64,000 nucleotides of DNA, taken from the NCBI GenBank assembly GCA_051294905.1, contig CM119383.1, positions 6,944,001-7,008,000 on the forward strand, in the 5' to 3' direction. The position numbers were made by a program, and so were the translations under genes. This DNA is from Botryllus schlosseri. Taxonomy: Eukaryota. A model generated the notes under the pieces. The model was given only the letters and a program-made list of their open reading frames with translations. It did no database searches and was not told the origin of the DNA. Position 1 is the first letter of the stretch, and every line of letters begins with the position of its first letter. Positions 15,001 through 27,000 of the stretch are shown here, one piece after another.

Positions 15001-18000
15001 CTGGGATTAAGACCTCGTTTAGTTTGTCCCAAGTGTCGCCGGCCGCTCTGAATCTGGCGGCAAGGATTAGCGGAGTTTCACCTCAAAAACAAGGTACGTT
15101 GTTGTTGTGGCTGTAACACTGCTTCTGGGTTCTGACTGTAACGAAAACTATGTGTTACTTCAAATACAAATTTTGTCCAATTGGATTGGCCGGTGCAGCT
15201 TTCCAGCAAAATAAAACAAACTAAAATGACGGAATGTGCAGCACAGGGCCTAGCCTATTCTGAAAAGCCAATTATATAACTCTAGCTAAGACACAATACA
15301 AACTGTTCAATACATTTGTCTAAACTAGAGGTGCGCTAAGTATCTGGAGTGAGGCCGAGGCAACAGTTGCGTAGCTACAGCCGCTGTAAAATGACTTGGG
15401 AATTACCTCACCACATGAAACTAACTATCATTTCACTTAATGGTTTATGATTCACAGTAAGTAGACAGTGGGCCATTCACATTTCACTACAGTATAAAGC
15501 AGGCTACAAGGGATGGAATTTGCACTGAAAAGTTCATTGAAACCACGACGATGCAGTTTGTAAACGATTTCGACAGCTTTTGACTTAAAACTACAGCCTT
15601 AGTCATGATTTGTCTCGGTGAGGAATTCGAAAAATCTCACTTTAGCAACGCTGTGCGTTGTGTTGCATATTTATTTTTATGTATGTTACCACGAAAACAG
15701 AACTATGTTGTGCGATATTCTGTGACAAAATTATCGTAACCCAGAAACATCCAAAGACCACGGCGACGAAAATGACGACGAAGACCATTCGCCTCACAAC
15801 CGTACCGGCGACGGTCCGCATTTTGAACCCGTGATACCGTTGCCTGACAAGGTCGAAGTCAAGAGTGGAGAAGAAGGGGAAGAGGTCAGGGTTCAACCAG
15901 GGTTGTAACCAAGTCACATGGTTCCGAGTCACGAGTCAATCATACTTTTGTGGTTTTGACTCGAGTCGAGTCGAGTCATTTTCAATTCATCACAGACTCG
16001 AGTCCGAGTCCAAGTCACCGTTTAAAGGGTCAAGTCCGAGTCATGGTGTTATGACTCGAGTCGAGTCCAAGTCACAGTATTGAAGTCATGTTCAACTCAT
16101 GTTTTCAATCCTGCTTGGGTGATATCGAATTCCCTGTTTGCGAAACATGCTCATTTTGTCCCTATCAGAGTCTTGGCACGTGTTTATTTAGGCAGATAAC
16201 GGACAGGTCCTGGCCTCATTTACCGATGCTAAAGATAACTTTACTAATCTTAGAACTTAAAATCAAATATCTCTCTTGTCAGTCTGATACATCACCAATA
16301 CAAGCATTCAGTTTTTATTATGAACACATCGACGATAGCTCACGAATAGCTGATAGAGAACCAACGAATTCACGTCTACATACTATCTGATAGAGAACCA
16401 ACAAATTCACGTCAAGATACTAGTTGATAGAGAATCAATAGATGCATGTTTATGTAGAGGTATTGACAACAGGCCAGCATGCTGTAAAAGCGTGCATGCA
16501 ACTATGTGCATTGTGCAGTGACAACAGAACAGATACCTTTTGATTATACTAAAGGTTTTCCCAATTGCATTACAGACTACATCGCAGTTACAGCATTGGA
16601 GAAATAATTGTACAATGAGGCTGTTCAAAACCATTTTTTCAAATTTTCCGGCTACTTCTTAAAATTGCTAGATTGCCTAAAAAATCAAATTTGGCTCAAT
16701 TCCAACCAGTAGAATGCAATGCTATGAAAGAAAATTTTAGACTAATTACAAATAGAGATTTTCGAATTTTACCGGCTATCTCATGATATTGTTACAATGT
16801 GTAAAAATATGATTCATAGCAAATTTGACTCAATTCCAACTAGAAAAAGTGAAGTTATTAGAGTAGAATGTTTTTGATATGAAAAAATAGTCGGCTTACT
16901 ACTATGTAATTATATTATATGAAGGAATTTCTCACTAAAATACTCCATTTATTTTCAAATCCAAAATATTCTCCTCTCACATAATTGATTCCACTTTTTT
17001 CAAATTAAGCCAGATTCAGTGTTCCTTTTATGCAACATAACAATTTTATCAAGTAACCACCCAGTAAAATAAAAAAGAAGTTATTTTAGAACAGCCATAT
17101 AGTACAAACATCACACAACACTAGCCATTCATTATTACTCACGTGCACAATGCACATACCTAACAAAACGTCAAATGGACGAGGCGCATTGTGTGTTTTC
17201 ACAGACAGCAGATCAAATCAATGAGTTACACCTCAAAAATACTAATGTGGAAAGGAGATCCTCAAATATGTTAAAGCGGCATGGCCGTAGAATGAATCCA
17301 CATCTACTGAATACACGTTCCACTAGTGCACTAGACGCAGGAATTGACAAGCATTTTTGAACCACACTGAAGAGCATTGAATACTCATTCTTTCTAGTCG
17401 CCCAAAAATGCAAAGAATCATCGCCTTCAAATCTACACATGAGCTTATCAGTCTCTTCACCATCTGAGTCATTTCATTGGCTCTAATTGAACTTTGATTC
17501 AATTGTTTGCTTGTATAATTGAAAAGTCTTGATTACTTTAATTGCGGAGGATCTATTACCTCTTCATCACTGGACGATTTTGTACAATGCATTGCTACTA
17601 TGTATCATTTTCTGTTGTTTTTACGGCGGCATATCTGATATCAGACAAGTGCAACGAAAGCAGTGGTGACAAATAGCGATGTCGGGAGAATTCGTCGGAT
17701 GCGTTGATCTAGCCATTATGATTCGCAAATTTCTTCATCTTCAAGTCATATAAAATAAGCCGAGTCAATGATTTGGGTCGAGTCATGCGTAATGACTCGA
17801 GTACAAGTCGAGTCAATCCAAATATTGACTCGAGTCGAGTCGAGTCATTTTCCCATTTTAAGAAAATGACTCGAGTCAAGTCGAGTCATAAAAAAATCGT
17901 GACTCGAGTCTGACTCGAGTCGAGTCATGACTCGAGTCATTACAACCCTGGGTTCAACCAACGTTTTTGTCTTATGCATAATGTGTATGTATATGCATGC

Positions 18001-21000
18001 ACCAATGCTCGTTTCAAAACTATTATGATTGATCAACAGATGATGCCTGTACAAAATCACCATTCCCTTTGTGACATTACTGGTAGGTTGGAATCTGATC
18101 ACATTGAGGTCCATTTCGCTATAGAAATCAGCATCAGCGTGGTCAGTGTGATCTTGAAATCTCGGGATGTATTCGAGACATTGTAACATAGACTATTGTG
18201 TCTTGTGTACTACTGCAGCGGTACTGCAAACTGCAATTTGTACCGTACGTGTGTTAATTTATCTCTGTTGTTACTCAGATTTTGTTTCAATATCGCGCCA
18301 AACTGTACCGGTACGCCGATAAGCAATGGAAAGAACGGGGTCTCGGAGATATCAAAATTCTTCACAATAAAGAAACCAACAAATGCAGGATAGTAATGAG
18401 GAGAGAACAGGTTGGTGTGAATTTAAACTCGAATCTGACAAAAGATATCAGTATTATTTTGACACAAGTAATTTTAAATCATAACCACTCAACTAGAAGT
18501 ACTTTATTATTGACCACCTGGATGGCAACGATGTAGATAACCCCAGTATTGATCTGTTTCCAGGTGCTCAAACTCTGCGCCAACCACAACATCATTCCGG
18601 AGATGACCCTGTCCCAGCACAGCAACAACGACAAGATGTGGACCTGGCACGCCATGGACCACTCCGACCCGGACCTGCCACCGCAGCAAGAGCTGCTCGC
18701 CGTCCGGTTTAAAATGGCCGAAACGGCTGCCGAGTTTGAGAGATGCTTCAACCGAGCTAAGGATATCATCGCTACTAAAGGTAAGTCACGTGGATGAATC
18801 TTTTGATGAGTTCGAATTACCCCGTCAATAGTTACAGGTGCAAGCGGGAAAGATACACAGGGAACGTCTTCAGAGACGCAGGTGCCTTCGTCTGCTGGCG
18901 GAGATAGCAAAACGTCAGTATCATTTTATGGATTGTGTCAAATATGAGAAATTATGTCAGCATTAACACAAGTCCAAATAATCAATGCTTGATGGAAATC
19001 TCAACTGCATTGAATCTCTGGATTGAATCTGGATTCAGGACTGATTGCTTGACAGGGGCAGTGACGGCAATGGTCTGAAACTGGTCATAAATTCAATTTC
19101 ACTCTGAAAAAGGATTTGAAACCAGTCGTTGCCATTTGACCCGAATCTTGCTGAATTGTCCCATACTCGTCTTGTAGTAATCTGTGAAAAGCCGAGACTG
19201 ACCCTGTGGGTCACCCCAACTTCAAAAGTCTTGTCAAAACGGTTGCAATCCCACGACAAACCATAAATATGAGTGTTTGCGCTCAGAGGAGGTAACTAGG
19301 TATTATTCGTATGGCTTAAAGTAGCTCTTGCTAGTTTCGGCCGGGGTTGTAATGACTCATGTCATGACCTGACTCGAGTCACGATTTTTTTTGCGACTCG
19401 ACTTGACTCGAGTCATTTTTTCAAATTCGTAAAATGAGTCGAGTCAATTTTTGTAATAACTCGACTTTTACTCGAGTCGAACCAAGTCGTGTGACTGGAG
19501 GCTAGGACGGCCAAGACCGACATTTCATTGTAACTTTGTAGAATAGTAAAGTCACCACATTATCGGTGTTTCGTCTACCAGTCCTGATACTCGGAAAATA
19601 GGACCAGAAAGTGTTAAATCTGAGAAAAATTACGATAGTATGAATGCGAGACATTCTACATCACTCGAGCAGAGTTGAAGAAAGTGGCTTGAGCCGGATT
19701 GAATTGAAAACTGAACAGTGACTTTAACGACTCGGACTTGAGTCATAACACTATGACTCAGACTCCACCCTCTACTAGATGACTCGGACTCGGACTTGAC
19801 TCGGTGGTGAATTGAAAACGACTCGACTTGACTCGAGTCAAAACGATAACAATGAAATTGACTCGTGACTCGGAAACTGGCGACTTGGTTACAACCCTAC
19901 TTGGAATTTGCTACTTCTACTGGTAGTTGTGTCACTGCTACTTGATTAGCAGCACTGACTACACTGACCACCCCGTATTTGAGTGAGCACACTATAATCT
20001 TGCTCCATGTGTATGCTAACGGGTATACGTGCACCTTTTTTCTGACGTATCACGCCAATTCATCGCGCAATTGCAGGGCGATCAGCATGTCGCAATCGGG
20101 GAAACTGGTACAGAAGAAGGCAGCCGGCTCTTGGACGTGTTCCGGATGCGGCATCGGCAACACCGCGGATGAACCCGCGTGTCCGTGTTGCAACAGTCCG
20201 AACCCGAATGCTTCACCCGCCAGTGGTGGGTTATTAACCAGCGTGTCGCAATCGGGGAAGCTGGTACAAAAGAAGGCGGCCGGTTCTTGGACCTGTTCAG
20301 GATGCGGCATCGGTAATACTGCGGAAGAACTCGCGTGCCCTTGTTGCGACACTCCAAACCCGAACGGCCCACCGGCTCCGCCTGCCAGTGGTGAGTTATT
20401 AACTAAAGTCAAACTCGCTGCTGTCGATATCAGAAAAAAATACTGAAAATGTGGACTAGGGCTGTTCAAAAAAACTTTTTCTTCAGATTTCACTGGCTAC
20501 TTGATAAAATTGTTAGGTTAGTTAAAAAACGCCGCACACCAACTTTAACTCGATTCCAACCAGTAGAAGCGAGATTCTTGCAGTCGAAAGTTTTGAATTC
20601 ATTGTTAAAAAATTTAATTTCAAAATTTTTCTGTCGACCACATAAAGTTGTTAGGTTGTCAGTAGAGATGATGCATACCAAATTTAGCTCAATTCTAACC
20701 ACTAGAAGCGAAGTTATTGCAGTAGAAAAATTTATAATTCCATGATTTTATAATACATAATTAAAAAGTTAGTCACCGTAAATACTATTTTTATTCAAAT
20801 CCAAATTTTTCTACTGCACTTACTCTAAAAAGTAGACGTTTGCGGGTTACATGACTGGCAATGTTGCTGGTTTGGCGATAAGAAAACTCCGGGACCAACG
20901 ATCCTACAAAATGTTTCAGACTTCATCGCGTATCAAATGCAGACTTTGACAAGATTACGCATAATGTCCGGACCAGAGTTGGACACGGCTCATTCTAAAT

Positions 21001-24000
21001 TAGATCGTAATTAGCTAAACATTTTTTTCTGAATGAGATGAGAATTTTAGCTATACAGTTTTTTTTTCGAAATTAGATTAGAATTTGAATTATAACTATA
21101 CATTTACATATGTTAGAGATTAGAATTAGAATTATAGCTACACAGCTCTTACCAAACTAGACTGCAATTAGTATTATAGCGGCAGTTTTTCTTAAACATT
21201 TTCCAAGTCTGGCCTAGACAGTCTGCAATTCAGGCGTTTCTATTTTTCAGCTCCTAAAACGGAAAACCCCTCGAAATCCGTTTTTGCATCCGTTTTCTCT
21301 CAGCCTTTGACGCAGTCTTCCGGTTTCAAATTTGGGGTACGCTCTTCCGCGATATCGTCGAATACGTTTGCATAATTTCTTGTGCTATTTTCAGTCTGGG
21401 GTTCCCGGATCTACCGCGCCTGGCACGATTTCTTTCGGACAGAACACGACGCAATCCTCGGCTGGATTCGGATTTGGGGTTGGTTTGCTTTGAAATTTTG
21501 CGGTCAGATGTCGTGATAACGTGTCTGCGTTTTATAGGGAAAGCCAGCCGACAGTAGAACCGGGACGGGTTTTTCGTTTGGGGTGCGTGCATTTTTAATA
21601 CTGATATTTGTTATCGTGTTTCTCATATGTTATAATTGCAGGTCAAGCCTGTTGGTAATGCTGGTGTATCGCAATCGTCTGGGACTGGAGTTTCGTTCGG
21701 GGTGTGTAATCACTAGGCCAGGCTTTTGTTGCAGTCAAATCCGTGGAAAGTTGCACTTGCTTTTCACAACAGTTGCATTTATGGACAAGTTCCTTGAAAT
21801 AATTAGGGTAGGCCTATGAGATACTCCAATCGTTCCGCATCCAAGCCGCTCTAGCGAAACTCAATGTTGGCGACTTCAACAAAATCAATAGCCTGAAAAA
21901 AAAATGAGTCAGTGAAAATATAATTTTCAGCGGTCTAGCTTGAATGCACGTCAAATCAGAAAGGAACTCAAAATTTAAACGATAGTCAAATAATCAAGCG
22001 ATGTGTTTACATATGGTTCCAACTATTTCCAGTAAAAAGTTTGTCGCATAAAATATCGAAAAGAGTCGCAAAAAAGTTGCATGATAAATCGAAAAAGTTG
22101 CACGAAAAAATGAAGAAAAGTTGCAATGTAAGATTCCCCCAAAGCGATCTGTTTGCATATAGTTCCAGATATTTCCAGTAAAAAGTTGGTTGCATAGGAA
22201 ATCGAAAAGAGTTGCAAAAAGTTGCATGATAAATCAAAAAAGTTGCATAACTTCTGAGTATTTAGGAAGCTGCCGGAAGTTGTAAAAAAATGTTTCAAAA
22301 TCTGCAAAAACGTGCCCTGGTAATCACACTATGCAGCTTCACAGCTCTGGAGCTACGGTATTCTCAGTTTGTGACTACATCTACTATGAAGTTTACAGTT
22401 TTTTATCCAAAACTAGGCCTAGAATACTTACTTTTTTACTCGGAAACGCTAGTTTTACTTGCTCATGAAGAAATTTACAACGTAACGGCTATTACTTTCG
22501 TATCAGCAATGATTATTTTGACCACCCCTGCCTGTATCATGGCACACGCTTGTTACGGGCCATAATTGACCTGCGCCGATTCATCACTGGGTTCTCGGGA
22601 TGTGTTCTTATGTCAATAAAGTTGTAGTTGAAGTTGAGTGGTGCGTGTGTCCGACATTGTCTCAAGCGACATCCCAAACCATTTGATTTTAATTGCACAA
22701 ATGTCTCGTTCGGTATTCGCTTGTAAACAGCTCTGCACCGATACGATTCGTCTGATGATGACAGTTGACTTGAAATTGGAAGTGAAGTTTTTCGTCGGTA
22801 GAACCTATCCCTGTAGCTAAGTCGATATGAATTTGAGATTGAGATGTTCGTTTTCAGGTTATCACATAGATGAGTGTCAGTGTGTCACTTAGGCTTTATT
22901 ATCGGGTAAAATACCACCCACTACATGCCGGGCTAATTAGTGCTGAATAGAAAGAGGGTAAAACTGGATTTTAATTCATTTTTATTCCCTTTATAGGGTC
23001 AGAAGACGGTTTTTGGAGGCACCACTGCGAACACGGGTATATTTGGAAATGCTTCGTCGCAAGGTTTGTGTTTATTGTATAAATATCTCGAGCGATAATA
23101 TCAGTTTTCTTATTTGGAATCGTGACTGTTTAAAGCGTCTTGTGCTATTGTAGGAGTATTTTGTGTATGATCTAAAATTGAGCCTATGGCTTATTATGAT
23201 TATTCGAATTTTCACGCCAGTAACATGAGAAGTAGTGATACGATTGGCAGTGTGCAATGTTCCTGACGAGTGTCAGCCAAAACGTTCGGGTTTATATCAA
23301 TAGGATATACGGTTATATTTTAGGCCAAAATCAGTCCGTGTTCGGCGGCCAGCCCAGCGGCGGGACTAGCGTGTTTGGGGGGTTAGGATTGCCGAAACCG
23401 GACATGGGTCAAAACACGACCTCCCCGAAACCCCGATTCCCCAGCGTCGGTGACGAGGAAAATGAGAATGAAGAATATGATAGTGAAGGTAATTGGGACT
23501 GGATTTTTTTAAATTTCTTCATTTGATTAATGATTATGATACTCGGATACTCTGGTCTAAACGCTCCTTAGGAGAAATATATTAATTTTATTAATATATA
23601 TATATTATTGAATTAATTAATTCTAATCTAATCTGGAATAGCTGAAAATTTTCTCATCGTTCAACTTCGGTTTTATCGGGGGCCCGGAGCCTGCTGAGAG
23701 TAATTATGTGTTCTTGGGACTCGGGGCCAAGTTTGAGTTGCGCCGAACCTTTGACTGGTTTAAACACGGCAAGGCAACTAGATTTCGAACGGCATTGAAA
23801 TTTTTGAACTTCCTAAGCGAAATATTTATCATCATCAAGGGTACACAATGCACATCTGCCAGAGTTTAAGAACCACGGTGTCAGACGCATTACCTCGCAT
23901 GTTGTGTTTCAGAGTACACTTCGACTTCCGATAGCGAGATCGAATCGGGCGAGGAGTACGACCCGGAAGAACACCGGTCGCCCATGAACCGTGCCCCGGC

Positions 24001-27000
24001 GGACGGCGACAAATCCCCGGCGGACTCGGACGTCGTGTGTCTCGGCGAGGTGCTGCCCTCGGACGAGCTGCAGCGCCGGGCCGAGTCCTTGATGCTGCCG
24101 AAACATTTTTATAATTTTGTGAAACCTGGGGAAAACGTTGATGAGGAAACGGGAGATGACGCCAGCGAGAAAGGTGATTGGACGGAGTTTGATTTTCTTG
24201 ATCTGTCGGGCGCTTTTGTGTGTGGTAGTCTATTTCGTTTGCCGTCTCCAGCGTTGGGATTGAAGTATTGAAAATGTATTTTTCGTTGATGAAGGCCTCT
24301 TTGTTACTCAAACTCGACTCGAATGATGCCAGTTGATACTCAAAACCTGAATCGAGTGCTCAGCCACTACTGTGTTCGGCCCTACTTAGCATCTAACACA
24401 TCTTGATTTGGTTTTCGCTCCAGTTCTCAAATGATAGACTTGAGTTTTCTTTCCATTCTGCAGAAGGCGCCCAGCCGTCAAAGAAAGAAGACGCCACAGC
24501 TGGACTTACTTTTGGTACGATATTACAGCAGTCAACATTGAACCATAATACCGTAATTTTCCATGTATATTGCGCAAAATTTACCCGATTTTTTGCCCTA
24601 AAATAGGGGGGTGCGTATTATACATGGGTACAGCAAGCCTTGAAAAAAATATCTCCCTCGATCAAAAACTTGAAATCACACCTTTCTTCATGTTTGTTTC
24701 TAATCGCGCATCACCTCTAGCCATCGCGCCCCGTAATTCGTATTACAGAGTGTAACACGCTGCCAAATAGAGAAGCGTGTTGCCAATTAACAAAAGCGTG
24801 TTGCCAATTAAGGAGAGTCGACGGCACAGCACAGCACGCGGTCTCTTATTGAGTTTAGTTTGCCGTTTGTACTCGGGTGAAATTAGGTCGCCGATTGCTA
24901 CAAGCGTGAGCGGCAATCCTTGCTGATTCATCGCGTCAACTACAGGCCTTAACAATCCGCACACAAGAGGCCATGTGCGCAAGATATAATCGCTTGCGTA
25001 GTCAGTCGCATCTCCAACAGGACTGGTGTGCTCGACATAACCATTAGCCTGAGCAATCGCATCTGTAATTGTAATAGGCCTAGTGCGCAAGATGTCTTGT
25101 GTCGCTAGCCTGAACTATCGCGTCGCCGGCCTCGCAGGCGTTGGCTACTATCTACTCTCCTCTAGAGACAATGCCGTTAATTGTATTGTGATTAGCGATG
25201 GTTATGTCATGATTGTTCGACAGTGACATCGCAAAACAGAACAACATCGTGTACTGAAACAACTATTCATGTACTGCGAATGCAGGGTGCGTACCATACA
25301 TGGGTACCAGCTTTTTCCCAGAATTTACGCGCCATTTTAAGGGTGCCTATTATACATGGGGGCGCACTATATTCGGAAAATTACGGTACTTCTTTTGTTT
25401 TTGCTTCGATCGAATTTTAAAGTGTTGTAGTAACCCTTCATGGACGAAGAATTTGAATTTGAATGGATCGATGAACATGACCTTTCTAATCTTTCTGTTT
25501 TATGTATGTTTTTTTCTCGTATATAGGCGAACAATTTGAATTGTATGGATCCATGATCGTGACCTATTTTTCTGTTTTATTTTTTGGTTTATTGTCTAGA
25601 CATTTTCTGTTTTTTATGAATATTACTCTCCGTATTTTTGTCGCTATGTTATTTATATACTTTTTTTTCTGTATAGCAAGATTGTTGATCTGGTGCGAAT
25701 CTGATTTTTCTTATCTCAGGATCGGTTGCGTCGTCGTCCACTTTGTTTGGCGATCTCGCGAGCGGCAACAGCTCGGGACTTGCGTTCGGGAAGAAGACGG
25801 AGGGCTGGGCCGGTCTGGGCCAGCAGAAGCCGCTGTTTGCGAATATGAGAGAACCGGAAAACGACGAGGGTGAAGAATACGTGGTGAGTGGAAAAGGGAT
25901 ATTTTTTTGATGTGGGACGCTTCTGTCTGGTGCTGCCGTGGACCAGTGTTGGGAAATGTCACCACCTTCGAGTCACACGTCATATCTAGTCGCTGCGCAG
26001 TGCACGCACTCAAGTCAAGTCACTCCATATTTGAAAGTCTTGACTCGAGTCAAGTTGAGTCAAATTTTCTCAGTTCGATTTTGCTAGATGGTTCAAGTGC
26101 AGATTTAGTCGTTGTTTATGCTGGATAACGTAAAAAATATGAGTCCATTATGCATGCAAAAATACCTTCCGATAAGTTTCCATGTCTCTGGTCTGTACTG
26201 TTACACGACCTGCTGCTGCATGTCCCCGTGCATGCTGCCCCGTAGGATTTGCAGAATAAATGCGGTGCGTTATTTCATTCCTCTGCCAGCAACCACAATG
26301 TAAGACATGAAACCTGTTCAACTTTGACGTAACATAGAATACATGTAGCATGAAAGTGCAAATGCTACTAGAAGCGATCTTCATTTGTAGCAACATTGTA
26401 ACATTACTAAAGTCATGGTTAACGAATATGAAAATATCAGGATTGTAACCAGCTCACAAGGTTCATAGTCACAGGTCGATCTCACTTTTATAGTTTTGAC
26501 TTGACTCAAGTCGAGTCATTCTCAATTCACCACTGAGTCAAGTCGAAATCGATGAGTAGAGGGTCGAGTCCAAGTCATAGTGTTTTGACTCGAGTCCGAG
26601 TCCAAGTCATTATGTTCACTGTTCAGTTTTGAGTGAAATCTGGTTCAAACCACTACTTTCAACTCTGCTCGAGCGATATAGAATGGCTCGCATTCATAAT
26701 ATCGTAATTTTCCTCAGTCCTAACAGTTTCTGGCTGTCCCTCTTCCAAGTATCAGGACTGATAGAAGAAATATCAATAACGTGGTGACTTCGCTATTCTT
26801 TGAAGATACAATAAAATGCCATTATTGGCCGTCCTAGTCTCGAGTCGTACAACTTGGTTTGAGTCTTGTGCAATGACTCCAGTACAAGTCGAGTCAATAC
26901 ACAAATTGACTCAAGTCTAGTCACCAAAAAGTTGTGACTCGAGCCAGACTCGAGTCGTGTCATTACAACCCTCGGAAATATTCATATTGGTATGTGTCAC

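Larger units (their letters stand above)
15898..17950 (-). mobile_element. hAT transposon deletion derivative (2053 bp) with transposase C-terminal remnant
   Basis: TIR CAGGGTTGTAA / TTACAACCCTG; perfect 8-bp TSD GGTTCAAC (15890-15897, 17951-17958); GACTCGAGTC-rich subterminal arrays; internal ORF 17213-17440 encodes a hAT dimerization-like motif. Confidence 0.92.

Noticed and set aside
15898-17950. Regularly repeated GACTCGAGTC motifs as a CRISPR-like array
   Set aside because: Eukaryotic context, irregular spacing, and located just inside hAT TIRs: these are subterminal repeats.
19035-19290. Possible extra RanBP2 cassette exon ([16 protein letters not shown]...)
   Set aside because: The plausible acceptors lead to stops in the required phase 2, and 18913 joins 20077 in frame without it.
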